From positions 320,001-384,000 of the forward strand of contig JAVJQW010000012.1 in NCBI GenBank assembly GCA_040218735.1: a stretch of DNA of 64,000 nucleotides. The letters are read 5' to 3'. Under the pieces are notes generated by a model. The model was not told the DNA's origin. It saw only the letters and a program-made list of their open reading frames with translations, and did no database searches. Positions within the stretch are counted from its first letter, which is position 1. Each line of letters starts with the position of its first letter. Below are positions 8,483 to 18,347 of the stretch, in pieces. This DNA comes from Deltaproteobacteria bacterium (GTDB taxonomy: Bacteria > Myxococcota > Kuafuiibacteriia > Kuafuiibacteriales > Kuafuiibacteriaceae). Position numbers and translations under genes: made by a program.

Positions 8483-10375
8483 TCACGGGCACACGTCCCA
8501 CTCGCCGGCCGCGGAGGGCACCGTCGGCGGGCCGCCCGCGGCCAGGGACTCGAGGAAGCAGCGGTACTGGTGTTTCGGGCCCTCGGTCTGGAAGACGACC
8601 TCGTGGCCATCCTCGATCCCGTCCTCCGCGTGCTGCGCGACCACGACGGTGCGGTCGCGGTTGTCCGAGGCCGGTAGCGGGATCGCCGACCGTCCGACGA
8701 GGCCGAGCAGCGGCACGAGCTCGTCGTCGAGCACCGGGCCCGCGACGTCGGCGCCGAGGGACAGCGACAGCGCGTTGGCGATCGGCGGCAGGATGTACGT
8801 GTCCTCGATGCCCTGGAACATCAGCACGTCGGCGACGATGTCCTCGGCGTAGACCGGCGGGTCCGCGACCTCGCCCGCCCACTGCACGAGCGACAGCACG
8901 GGGTCCGCGCGGTGCAGCGAGCGGCCGTCGTACTCGAGCAGCAGCTCGGCGAGCGGCTTCGTGGGGAGCGGGCGTTGTTTGTAGATGATGTTCTCGATCC
9001 ACGACCCACCCGCGCCGCTCAGGATCGCGGCTTCGAAGCCCGGCTCGACCGCGAGGGAGAGGGGCGCGGTCGTCGCGCCCATCGAGTGGCCGAAGAGCGC
9101 GACGTGGTCGTCGTCGAAGCGCGCGTTCGTCGCCGTACCTCCGCAGGTCGAGGTGATCGTCAGCGACGCCATCATGCGACGCACCAACACGATCTCCAGC
9201 GACGACTGTCGAAGGTTGTCGCGCAGCGCGACCATGTTCTCGAAGTTGAAGATCAACAGCTGCTCGTCCGAGCCGCGCGGGTTGCGGAACGGGCCGCCGT
9301 GAGGTCCGTCCACGCTGATCGCCGCGTAGCCGGCGCGGGCGAAGTTTCGCGCGGGGCCGCTCCCGGGCTCGATCGCCGCGCCGCCCTCCTCCGCGCGCAC
9401 ACCGCGATCGATCAACGGGCGATCGCCGCCGCCGCCGGTGCGCACGAACACGACCCCCGGGTAGCCGCCTTCGGGCATCGGCGCGCGCGGGAGCGTCACG
9501 AAGACCCGCGCGTCCACGCGGCGCTGCAGCGCGAGGGCGCCGCCTTCGTACGCCCAGCCGCCGTCGGAGCGATAGGGCGGCTCACCGGTCTGAAACACCG
9601 GCATCGAGGTTCGGCCCTCGAACACACAGAAGTCGTCGTAGGTCTCGACGGGTCGCAGGTCTTCGACGGTCGGTAGCCCGAGCGCGGCGGCGTCTTCGAC
9701 CGCCGACGCGAACTGCGCCGCCGGATCCCCGGTTCGGTACACCGCGAGCGCGGCGATCCGATCCTCACCGAGCGCCCCCTGCACCGCGTCCACCGCGCGC
9801 CGGTAGTCGGCCATCGCGTCGTCGTCGAGGCCGGCGGGCTGCGTGTCTTCGAGCAGCGCGACGGTGTCCGCGGCGACGCCCGAGAACGCGTCGCGCGTGA
9901 CCACCGCGACGTAGAGCGTCGAAGCGCGTAGCGGCACGCCCTGGAGCGGCACGATCGAGAGGAGGTTCGGCGCGCCGTGCGGTCCGCCGTCCTCACGAAA
10001 CTCGACGTACACTGGGACGCGCGCGGCGAGGTCGTCGACCGGCGCGAGGAACACCGACGCGCTCGGCTCCACGGACTCGAAGAGCGGCGGGAGCGCGGCG
10101 GGTGCGGCGGTCGTGGTGAAGAACACCCCCGACGTGCGCCCGAAGCCGCCGCTGTCGTTCGCGGCGACGCTGCGGATGACCTGCACGAGGTCGACGCGGA
10201 GGGGGTTGGGGAAGCCGGACAGGTCGATGTGCGTCCCGCGATCGCGGTGCGCGCTCGGGAACGGCGCGGCGTAGAAACCGTCGCCGTCGAAGTCGACCTC
10301 GACGCGCGGCCCCTCGATCTCGGAGGGGCCGCCGCACGCGACGAGCGCGAGCGCAAACGGGAGCGAGCGCTTCAC
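8483..10375 (-). CDS. Lipoprotein alpha/beta hydrolase
   Basis: GTG start overlaps the upstream stop (GTGA); lipobox LVAC; nucleophile elbow GHSMG; DGH near the C-terminus. Confidence 0.8.
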   Translation of the reverse strand: MKRSLPFALALVACGGPSEIEGPRVEVDFDGDGFYAAPFPSAHRDRGTHIDLSGFPNPLRVDLVQVIRSVAANDSGGFGRTSGVFFTTTAAPAALPPLFESVEPSASVFLAPVDDLAARVPVYVEFREDGGPHGAPNLLSIVPLQGVPLRASTLYVAVVTRDAFSGVAADTVALLEDTQPAGLDDDAMADYRRAVDAVQGALGEDRIAALAVYRTGDPAAQFASAVEDAAALGLPTVEDLRPVETYDDFCVFEGRTSMPVFQTGEPPYRSDGGWAYEGGALALQRRVDARVFVTLPRAPMPEGGYPGVVFVRTGGGGDRPLIDRGVRAEEGGAAIEPGSGPARNFARAGYAAISVDGPHGGPFRNPRGSDEQLLIFNFENMVALRDNLRQSSLEIVLVRRMMASLTITSTCGGTATNARFDDDHVALFGHSMGATTAPLSLAVEPGFEAAILSGAGGSWIENIIYKQRPLPTKPLAELLLEYDGRSLHRADPVLSLVQWAGEVADPPVYAEDIVADVLMFQGIEDTYILPPIANALSLSLGADVAGPVLDDELVPLLGLVGRSAIPLPASDNRDRTVVVAQHAEDGIEDGHEVVFQTEGPKHQYRCFLESLAAGGPPTVPSAAGEWDVCP

Positions 10376-12147
10376 TTCTGAATGTTGGGCGGGAAGGCGC
10401 AAGCTGTGACGCGGCTGCCGTCGGCGAGGGGCCCGGAGACCACGAACGTGTCGCTCGACGTGAAGTCCTCGACGAGGCCCAGCTGACCGTCGGTGCGCAC
10501 GATGAGGAGCCGGTCGTCCTGGGCCCAGCACCACTTGCCGTAGCTGTCGAATCCCAGGTCCCCGATCGAGGAGAGGACCGTGGAGGTGGTCGGGGTCTGC
10601 GCGCGGAGGTCGGTGAGGTAGAGGCGCGGCGGGTCGTCGGAGGTCGCGTGGATCATCCAGTCCTCGGAGGGCGACAGCTCGTACGGGGTGTCGAAGGAGA
10701 AGCGGCTGCCGGGCCCGAGGTCGACCGGGGCACCGAAGGGCGTCGTGCTGATGTCGACCAGCTTCACGCGGCGCTCGTTGCCGTCGTAGCGCGTGTAGAG
10801 GATGCGGTCCTCGCCGTGGATGAGCCGCTCGTGATCGACGGTGTCGCTCGCGGTCACCGGCGTGTTGATGCGTACGCCGTTCGCGCCGTTGATGTCGGTC
10901 AGGTACAGGTCGTAGCGCCCGTCGACGTCGTAGTCGGCGGCGAAGAGGATGTGCGTCCCGGCGGCGTTCCACTGGAAGCGATCGACGCCGTTGTGGCCCG
11001 CCGGGAAGTCCGTGGTGAGGCGCGTCGGCGTGAGCGGGAGCGTGGCGGAGGCGTCGAACACGTACAGCTCGTCCGTGCCGTCCGTGTCGATGTCGCCCAT
11101 GAACGCGACCATCGTGCCGGTCGGCGCGAACTTGATCGTGTCGATGCCGATGATGTCCGCGGTCGACGGGTAGTTGGCGTAGACCGGCTCCGGCGCGGAC
11201 GGCGTGTTGCCGGTGAACGTCACGCGGTACGGCTGGAAGACACGCAGCGCGCCGTCGTCCGCCGAGAAGACGATGTACTGCCCGTCCGCGGAGAACGACG
11301 CCGACGTGCCGGTGAAGCCGAGGTTCGCGCCGGAGTGCAGGCGCGTCCGCGGCGGCGGGTCCATGGTGAGGTCGCTGAACCAGAGGTCGCGATCGTTCGC
11401 CGACACGATGATGTCCTGGTAGGCGATGCCGTCGTCACCCCGCCAGAACGGGAACGACGACGTCCCCATCGAGAGGCGAATCGGCTGCGCCCCCACGGCG
11501 ACGGGCACCACGAACCGTCGGGTGCCGGCTTCGCCCTCCACCGCCTGCCCGAAGGTCATCATCGTCCCGCTCGGGCTGAGCGCGTAGCTGCGCGCCTGTC
11601 GGTCCATGCCCGGGTTCGAAAGCTTCGTGGTGATCGGGTTCCCCGGCTGCGGCGCCAAGAAGATCTCGTAGAGATCGAACGTCTCCTGCTGCGCGACGTA
11701 GATGATCTCGCCGTCACGCGTCCATTCGAAGCTGTCGACCCCGGCGAAGACGGGCTCACCCTTCCCGCCCGTGGTCGGCCCGCCCGCGAGCTGCGGCGTC
11801 ACGCGATACCGCGTCGTCGACGACTCCGTGAGGAACAGGTCCGCGAGCAGCGGCGCGTCGGCGCCGGCGGTGTACGCCACCACGATGTCCACGACCCGCG
11901 GCCCGCCGTCTCGGTCCGGACCGCCATCGCGCTCGGCCCCACCGTCGCGCGGTCCACCGTCGCGAGTGACGTCACCGCCGTCGCGCGGTCCGCCGTCGCG
12001 CGGCGTCTCTTCTTCACCCGCGTCGCGCTCGGTGCCCGCGTCGCGGACGCCGGCGTCGGAGCGCATGTCGTCGGGCTCTTCGGGGTTGGCGCAGGCGGCG
12101 AGCGCGAGCGCGCCGATGAAGGTCCAAGAGGGGATCGAGCGGTGCAC
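10372..12147 (-). CDS. Lipoprotein with RD(A/G)G linker and TolB/PD40-like beta-propeller
   Basis: Lipobox LAAC; blades SPSGTMMTF, SADGQYIVFS, APTGTMVAF, DTDGTDELY, DVDGRYDLY. Confidence 0.75.
   Translation of the reverse strand: MHRSIPSWTFIGALALAACANPEEPDDMRSDAGVRDAGTERDAGEEETPRDGGPRDGGDVTRDGGPRDGGAERDGGPDRDGGPRVVDIVVAYTAGADAPLLADLFLTESSTTRYRVTPQLAGGPTTGGKGEPVFAGVDSFEWTRDGEIIYVAQQETFDLYEIFLAPQPGNPITTKLSNPGMDRQARSYALSPSGTMMTFGQAVEGEAGTRRFVVPVAVGAQPIRLSMGTSSFPFWRGDDGIAYQDIIVSANDRDLWFSDLTMDPPPRTRLHSGANLGFTGTSASFSADGQYIVFSADDGALRVFQPYRVTFTGNTPSAPEPVYANYPSTADIIGIDTIKFAPTGTMVAFMGDIDTDGTDELYVFDASATLPLTPTRLTTDFPAGHNGVDRFQWNAAGTHILFAADYDVDGRYDLYLTDINGANGVRINTPVTASDTVDHERLIHGEDRILYTRYDGNERRVKLVDISTTPFGAPVDLGPGSRFSFDTPYELSPSEDWMIHATSDDPPRLYLTDLRAQTPTTSTVLSSIGDLGFDSYGKWCWAQDDRLLIVRTDGQLGLVEDFTSSDTFVVSGPLADGSRVTACAFPPNIQK
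11890..12065 (-). repeat. Coding RDAG/RDGG imperfect repeat linker
   Basis: About 9 RD(A/G)G units following the lipobox. Confidence 0.75.
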
Positions 12148-12187
12148 GACTGACTTCGTCGCGCTGAACCGGCACCGACGTCAAGTC

Positions 12188-13999
12188 TCAGGCGTCGAAG
12201 CGGAGGTCGCGGTTCTTGCGGACGAAGCCCAGGTAGAACGCGACGCGGTGGTCGCTCACGTAGTCGACGGCGTCGATGCCGTGGCCGCTCACCCAGTTCT
12301 TCACCAGCCCGTTGAAGCGGTCGGCGCGACGTTTGGCGAGGTCGATGATGCCACCCGGCTTTTCGATCTTGCCGTCGCTGTTGATGTAGACCTCGGTGCC
12401 GCATCCCTCGTGCGTGCAGTTGGGGGGCACGCGCGCGACGACGTCGTTGTTGTTGATGTAGCGGAAGAAGTTGCAGCTGACGCTCTTCAGCAGTCGGCCG
12501 AGCGACCCCGCGAACGTCTCGTCACCGATCTTGGGCTGGCCGCAGGTGTAGACCTGCCGGACCGGGAGCCCTTCCTGCGCGGCCCAGCCCGCGAAGTGGG
12601 CGGCGAGCGCGCCTCCGAGGCTGTGACCGGCGGCGAGGATCGACGGCGGCTCCTTGCCCGCGGCCTTCGCCTGCTCGGCGTACTTTTCGACCACCGGCTG
12701 GAGCTTGGGGAGGAGCGCGTCGAACTGCTCGTAGAAGCCGCTGTGCGCGCGGCCGCCGTGGCGGAGGCAATCGACCAGCCCCATGCGGCTGTCGACGTTG
12801 ACGTCGGCGCGCGACTCGGTGCCGCGGAAGGAGACGAGCAGCGAGTTGGTCTGTTCGTCGTAGGCGACGAAGCCCTGCGCGTCGGTGTGTTTGTCTTCGA
12901 CGAACGTCGAGTCCTCGAAGCCCCACGCCTTGATGTACGTGCGGATCGTGGCGTCGTCTTCGTAGGCGAGCTTCGCGGCCTGCGTGAGGAACACGCCGGT
13001 CTCGGCGTCGTAGCCCTTCGCGGCCGGGTCGAACGTCGGGCGTTTGAAGGAGTACTGGCTCGCGGGGTCGCCGACGGCGATCGGTGCGACGAGGACGCGG
13101 GCCTGGTCGGTGGGGAGCAGGAGCGTCGCGCGGCCTTCGACCGTTTCGACGCGAACGTCCGGCTTGTCGACGCCGCGCTGGGTGAGGCGTTCGATGCAGC
13201 GTTCGCGGATCCCTTCCGGCGAGGTGTCGGCGAGCTCGTAGGAGACGCCGCGCATCCCGAGCGCGGACGCGGCGGGGATGGCGCAGATGTTCTTCGGCTG
13301 GCCGTCGCGCATCTCGCGGCGGGCGAAGGACCAGCCCTTGGGGACGTCGAGGCGCGAGGCGCGCTCGCCGAGGACCTTGCCGTCCATGAGGAGCGCGGCG
13401 TCCTCGGGCGGGACGTGCAGGTGCGTCGTCGACAAGCGGGCCCACCAGTTGCCGAACTCGGCGGTGCGCACGTCGGGGCGTTCGACGCCGACGCGTGCGA
13501 GGTGGTCGTGCAGGTCGTTCTTCATCGACCAGTCGACCATGCGCTCGATGGCGTTGTCCTGGCCGGGGATGAGCGGGCGCCAGGCGTCGCCTTCCATGAC
13601 GAAGCGCGGGGCGACCTGGCCGCGGCCGTTGTCGAGGTCTTGAATGAACTGCCAGTCGGCCTTCGGGTACAGGCGGCGCGCGAGGCTCTCGTACTTGGGC
13701 GAGAGGCCGACGTCGTCCCAGCGGACCGACTGCATGAGGTTGTCGACCTTCGACGCGAGCTGCGTTGCGGCGCCGACGAGCTTCGTGGGATCGGAGCGCC
13801 CCGCGGCGAGCGTCGCGGGCGGGACCTCGGAGAGCCACGTGTAGAGGTTCGGGTGCTCCTCTTGGAGCCACGCCATCTCGGCGCCCTCGTTGCGGTGCTC
13901 GGCGAACTCCTGCATGAGCGAGACGAGCTGCTCGTGCCGAACCGTGTCGGCGAGCTTGCCGGTGAAGATGCGGGCTGCGTTGCCTCGGATACCGCTCAT
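12188..13999 (-). CDS. Lipase class 3 domain protein with uncharacterised N-terminal half
   Basis: VSFRGTE, AHSGFY, GHSLGGALA, YTCGQPKIG, NNDVVARVPP and DH; no signal peptide. Confidence 0.88.
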   Translation of the reverse strand: MSGIRGNAARIFTGKLADTVRHEQLVSLMQEFAEHRNEGAEMAWLQEEHPNLYTWLSEVPPATLAAGRSDPTKLVGAATQLASKVDNLMQSVRWDDVGLSPKYESLARRLYPKADWQFIQDLDNGRGQVAPRFVMEGDAWRPLIPGQDNAIERMVDWSMKNDLHDHLARVGVERPDVRTAEFGNWWARLSTTHLHVPPEDAALLMDGKVLGERASRLDVPKGWSFARREMRDGQPKNICAIPAASALGMRGVSYELADTSPEGIRERCIERLTQRGVDKPDVRVETVEGRATLLLPTDQARVLVAPIAVGDPASQYSFKRPTFDPAAKGYDAETGVFLTQAAKLAYEDDATIRTYIKAWGFEDSTFVEDKHTDAQGFVAYDEQTNSLLVSFRGTESRADVNVDSRMGLVDCLRHGGRAHSGFYEQFDALLPKLQPVVEKYAEQAKAAGKEPPSILAAGHSLGGALAAHFAGWAAQEGLPVRQVYTCGQPKIGDETFAGSLGRLLKSVSCNFFRYINNNDVVARVPPNCTHEGCGTEVYINSDGKIEKPGGIIDLAKRRADRFNGLVKNWVSGHGIDAVDYVSDHRVAFYLGFVRKNRDLRFDA

Positions 14000-14256
14000 C
14001 GCTGTGACTCCTTCGCGAACCGTTCGAGCGCGGCCATCAGCTGCGCGCTCGCTTCGGGGGAGGCCTTCTTCGTGGCGAGGAAGTGACCGAACGCGGCGAG
14101 CGTCTGGACGGCTTCCTTCTGGGCGCTGGCCGGGAGCGCCTGGAGCCGAGCCACCACGAACGCGGGCGCGCGCGAGAAACGCAGCGTCCCTTCGGCGTCC
14201 GGCGTCAGCGCGCTGACGACCGACTCGACCAGCGTTTGGGTGGCCTGCTGACTCAC
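13996..14256 (-). CDS. Small helical hypothetical protein coupled to the lipase
   Basis: 86 aa; ATGA overlap with the lipase start. Confidence 0.65.
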   Translation of the reverse strand: MSQQATQTLVESVVSALTPDAEGTLRFSRAPAFVVARLQALPASAQKEAVQTLAAFGHFLATKKASPEASAQLMAALERFAKESQR

Positions 14257-14418
14257 ATGTAGGACAATATCAGACCGTGTAAGCTAGACCAAGGGTCTCT
14301 CCGGCTTTTTTGGGGGCGGTCGCGGGATCTTTGTCTCGCGTGTGGCGGGCGTCCCGCAGGTCGGGGTTCCCGGTGACAGGGGGTGGGCGTTGGTACGGGA
14401 GGTGCTCACGGGGTGGGG

Positions 14419-15987
14419 ATGCGATCAGGACGATCCTCGGCCCAGGACTTCGGGCCCAAGACGCTAAGAATTCTGCTGCTTTGCGGGCTGCCCTGCGTGG
14501 CGGCTCCGGCGGAGGCCATCGTGATCCGGCACGACGTGGCGGACACGCAGTACGTGGTGCCGGACGCCGCGTACCCGGAGGTGGTGGATCTCATCAGCCG
14601 GGGGGACTGCGCGGGGACGTTGGTGCACCCGTCGTTTTTGCTGACGGTCGCGCACTGCGCGGCGGACCTTTCGGTCGGGGCGACGCTGACGGTGGCGGGC
14701 GCCGGGCACACGGTCGCGGAGATCTTCCTGCACCCGAGCTGGCGGGATCAGGACGCGTACGACATCGCGCTCGTGCGGTTTGCGACGCCGGTGACGGGGG
14801 TGGCGCCGGTGCCGGTCTACCGGGGCGCCGACGAGCGCGGTCAGACGATCACGATCGTGGGGCGCGGGGACACGGCGACGGGGCTCGTGGGCGAAGGCAA
14901 CGCGCGAAACGACGGGCAGCTGCGGCGCGCGACGAACGTGGTGACGGCGGTGAACGCGCACTTCCTCGAGGTGGCGTTCGAGCGCGGGACGGAGTCGGGC
15001 GTGACGGCGCTGGAGGGTGTCGGTGCGGCGGGCGACAGCGGTGGGCCGTCGTTCCTCGAGGTCGGGGGCGTGCGCTACTTGGCGGGCCTCAACGCGTACG
15101 GCGAGGAGGCGGACGCCAACGAGGTCGCCGCGTACGGGTCGCGCGACTACCAGACGCGGGTGTCGCGGTACCTGGATTGGTTGGACGGGATCCTCCCGGC
15201 GGCGCCGGCGCCGACGCAGAAGTTGACGGTGGTGTTGTCGCCGGCGTCGGCGTTGGAGTCGGCGGGGACGCTCACCGGCGGGGGGCGGGTGCAGCTCGAT
15301 GCGCCGGCCGCTACGAACGTGACGGTGACGTTGGCGGCGGATCCGATCGGGCACCTGACGTTGTCGCCGGTGACGATCGCGGCGGGGGCGTCGAGCGCTT
15401 CGTTCGACGTGACGCCGATCGACGATCCCCCGGGCGCGGCGGATACGGATCGCACGGTGCGGATCACGGCGACGGCGGCGGGTTACGACGCGGGGTCCGC
15501 GAGCTTCACGGTGCGCGACGACGAGGTCTCGACGGGGGCGCTCACGGTGCGTTGGTCGCAGTCGACGGTGGTGGCCAGCGAGGGCGCGTTGCTCGTCGAC
15601 GTCCGCGCGCGGCTGTCGGCGCCGACGACGCGAACGATACCGTTCACGATTCAGGGCACGGCGACGTGGAACGAGGACTTCCGCATCGCGGGCGAGCGCG
15701 CGGAGCTGGTGTTCGCGGACTCGACGGAGGCCGTCGTGTCGATCGTGTTGATCGACGACGATGTAATCGAAGACGACGAGACGATCCTGCTGTCGTTGTC
15801 GGGCGAGGTCGAAGGGAGCCCGGTGTTCGTGCTGACGGTGGAGGACGACGACACGATGCTCGCGCCGCGCGAGCCACCGGTCGCGGAGCTGCCGGAGGGC
15901 GGCTGTACGTGTGTTGCGACGCCGGTGACGGGGGCGTCGTGGATCGTGGTGCTGGGGGTGCTCGCGGCGCTGCGCCGTCGAAGGTGA
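14419..15987 (+). CDS. Trypsin-like (S1) serine protease with Ig/Calx-beta-like domains and MYXO-CTERM
   Basis: TVAHC, DIAL and GDSGGP catalytic triad; IDDDVIEDDETILL Calx-beta-like segment; C-terminal GGCTC + TM + RRRR. Confidence 0.88.
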   Translation: MRSGRSSAQDFGPKTLRILLLCGLPCVAAPAEAIVIRHDVADTQYVVPDAAYPEVVDLISRGDCAGTLVHPSFLLTVAHCAADLSVGATLTVAGAGHTVAEIFLHPSWRDQDAYDIALVRFATPVTGVAPVPVYRGADERGQTITIVGRGDTATGLVGEGNARNDGQLRRATNVVTAVNAHFLEVAFERGTESGVTALEGVGAAGDSGGPSFLEVGGVRYLAGLNAYGEEADANEVAAYGSRDYQTRVSRYLDWLDGILPAAPAPTQKLTVVLSPASALESAGTLTGGGRVQLDAPAATNVTVTLAADPIGHLTLSPVTIAAGASSASFDVTPIDDPPGAADTDRTVRITATAAGYDAGSASFTVRDDEVSTGALTVRWSQSTVVASEGALLVDVRARLSAPTTRTIPFTIQGTATWNEDFRIAGERAELVFADSTEAVVSIVLIDDDVIEDDETILLSLSGEVEGSPVFVLTVEDDDTMLAPREPPVAELPEGGCTCVATPVTGASWIVVLGVLAALRRRR

Positions 15988-15994
15988 CGGGGGT

Positions 15995-17755
15995 TCAGGG
16001 GGTGTAGATCAGCTTCGCCAGGCGATCCGAGAACGCCATCAACGCCCACACGGTGCCGTTGCCGCTGAGCTCGAGCTCGGTGATGGGGCCCTCGCCGATC
16101 TCCAGGGTCCCGGGGAGGATGCGCGCTTCGGCGACGTCGACGAACGCGATGAAGCTGCGGTTGTGGCCGCTCTCGTCCGTGCCGTCGAAGCCGGCGATCG
16201 CGAGGGAGGGGAGCGGCGGGAAGTTCGTGAGCGCGTACGGCTCGCCGGCCTCCTCGTAGATCGGGAAGCGCCGACAGGTGCCGTCGCCTTCGGGGTCGAG
16301 CACGAAGATCGACTGCGTATCGCCGCGCATGCTGGCGATCAGCCGACCGGTGTCGGGGTGGTAGATGAGGTCGCGCGGGGAGCCCTTGCCGCACTGGGTG
16401 CGGAGCTCGAACGCGACGACGTCGTTCCCGCGCGCGAGGACGATCGTGGGCTGCTCCGACTCGACCGAAGCGACGGTGCCGCCGGGCATCATCGTGACCG
16501 CGCGGGGGCGCGCGCCGAACGGTCCGACTTCGCCGACGCGTTCGAGCGTCTCGAGGTCGAACGCGATGCCGTAGCCGACCTCGTCCTCGATCGCCGTCAG
16601 GAGCAAGACGACTTGCTGGTCGACCTGGTTCACGACGACGTCCATCGGGAAGTGCCGCGGGCCGAGCGCGACCGTCGTGGTGGCGACGACTTCGCCGGTC
16701 TCCTCGAGCAGCGCGACCCCGACGTCGCCGTCGTTGTACATGCCCACGATGCGGTCGGCGCCGGGGACACGTCGGATGTTCCGCAGGCAGTCGAGCGTCG
16801 GCTCGCCGTAGACCTGGAGGAGCGAGTCGTGGTCGAAGAGCAGCAGCTCGGTCGAGACGTTCTTGCAGCCCGTCACGGACGCGGGCCTCACGAAGCGCGT
16901 GACGGCGACCTGGCCGTCGAGGATCGCCATTCCGCCGAGGTGGCGATTGCCGACGCCGGTGCCGCCGTTCAGCGGCTCACCGTCGCCGACGGGGCGGCTC
17001 ATGACTTCGAAGGGCGGCGGCGTCCCGCGCGCGAACACGTCGATCGGGCAGATCTTGCCTTCGAAGAAGCCGCCTTGGCACTCGAGCGACGTGACGGCCT
17101 CGTAGCGGGTCGGGCGATGTACACACGCGCCGAACAACGTGGACGATTCGTACTCGACGGAGCCGTCGCCGCGCACGACGCCGCGGAGGCGTCCGCCGAC
17201 GCAGTGCCGCGTCTCGATGTCGAGTGTGCAGCCGGACTGACGGGCGATCGTGTCGCAGGAGAAGGGGCTGCACCCGTCGCTGACGTGGCCGATCTCGTCG
17301 GCGCCGAGGAGTGTGGGGCAGTCGGGGAGCCAGGGCGCGGTGAGGTCCGGGGCTTCGTCGAGCGGTGAGACCGGATCACCCGGCCGAAACCCGCCGACCC
17401 AGTCCGCGGTGGGCAGGCGGGGGGCGTTCGGGCCGGCGGGGCGCACGGGGAGCGTGGCGAGATCGGCGTCTTCGGGGCGGCCGTGGAGGCGGTCGATCGT
17501 CGTGCGGTCGAACGCGTAGACGAGGTAGCGATCGGGGTCGTCGGTGGCGGAGAGGGTGGTGTCGAGGCGCCCGAGGTCGTCGACGGGGACGAGGCCGGTC
17601 GAGCCGACGAGCGCTTCGTTCGCGAACCCGAGCACGGCCGCGTAGGTGTTCGGGGGTAGCGTGCCGACGGAGGTGACCTCACCGCCCCGGCAGCCGACCA
17701 CGGCGAGGGCGAGGGGAAGAAGCCAGGCTGCGCTCGTGTTGGGTTGATGGGCCAT
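15995..17755 (-). CDS. Cys-containing lipoprotein with probable C-terminal beta-propeller (hypothetical)
   Basis: Lipobox AVVGC after MAHQPNTSAAWLL; coding codon bias. Confidence 0.7.
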   Translation of the reverse strand: MAHQPNTSAAWLLPLALAVVGCRGGEVTSVGTLPPNTYAAVLGFANEALVGSTGLVPVDDLGRLDTTLSATDDPDRYLVYAFDRTTIDRLHGRPEDADLATLPVRPAGPNAPRLPTADWVGGFRPGDPVSPLDEAPDLTAPWLPDCPTLLGADEIGHVSDGCSPFSCDTIARQSGCTLDIETRHCVGGRLRGVVRGDGSVEYESSTLFGACVHRPTRYEAVTSLECQGGFFEGKICPIDVFARGTPPPFEVMSRPVGDGEPLNGGTGVGNRHLGGMAILDGQVAVTRFVRPASVTGCKNVSTELLLFDHDSLLQVYGEPTLDCLRNIRRVPGADRIVGMYNDGDVGVALLEETGEVVATTTVALGPRHFPMDVVVNQVDQQVVLLLTAIEDEVGYGIAFDLETLERVGEVGPFGARPRAVTMMPGGTVASVESEQPTIVLARGNDVVAFELRTQCGKGSPRDLIYHPDTGRLIASMRGDTQSIFVLDPEGDGTCRRFPIYEEAGEPYALTNFPPLPSLAIAGFDGTDESGHNRSFIAFVDVAEARILPGTLEIGEGPITELELSGNGTVWALMAFSDRLAKLIYTP

Positions 17756-18347
17756 GAGCGATTCGGTCGACAAACGGTGGAGGCGTCGCCTGCGGAGCGC
17801 AGGGTCGCTGCTCGCCCTCGTCATCACCATCACGTCAGCGCGATCTTCCCTGGCGGACCACTATACCGTGCCGACCGGTTCGATGGAGCCAACGATCCAA
17901 GTCGGCGACCGCATCCTGGTCAACAAGTTGGCGTTCGGTTTCCGTATCCCCTTCTCGATGACCTATCTTGCGACGTTCTCGGATCCGGAGCGGGGCGAGG
18001 TCGTGGTGCTGCGTTCGCCGGTCGACGAGCGGACGTTGGTGAAGCGCGTGGTCGGGGTGCCCGGCGATCAGCTCGAGGTTCGTGACGGGCGGGTGTTCGT
18101 GGACGGTCGTCTGCTGATCGAGCGTCACGAAGTGGTGTACGGCCCGGGTCGGGATTTGGCGCCGACGACCATCCCGGAAGGGAAGCTCCTGGTGCTGGGG
18201 GACAACCGTCCGAACAGCCTCGACGGGCGTTTCTTCGGCCTGGTGGATCGCGATGACGTCTACGGGCGTGCCGAGCGGATCTACTTTTCGGATGGGTTCA
18301 CCTGGGACCGGCTATCGCCCATGACCCAGCGTGGATCGACGCGGTAG
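17754..18347 (+). CDS. lepB: Signal peptidase I
   Basis: VPTGSMEPT, GDRILVNK, LVKRVVGVPGD, LGDNRPNSLDGRFFG. Confidence 0.92.
   Translation: MSDSVDKRWRRRLRSAGSLLALVITITSARSSLADHYTVPTGSMEPTIQVGDRILVNKLAFGFRIPFSMTYLATFSDPERGEVVVLRSPVDERTLVKRVVGVPGDQLEVRDGRVFVDGRLLIERHEVVYGPGRDLAPTTIPEGKLLVLGDNRPNSLDGRFFGLVDRDDVYGRAERIYFSDGFTWDRLSPMTQRGSTR

Noticed and set aside
18281-18347. Convergent 3' overlaps (lepB/ctaA; also comEA/kinase at 21137-21198)
   Set aside because: Short tail overlaps are common in high-GC genomes; no sign of function
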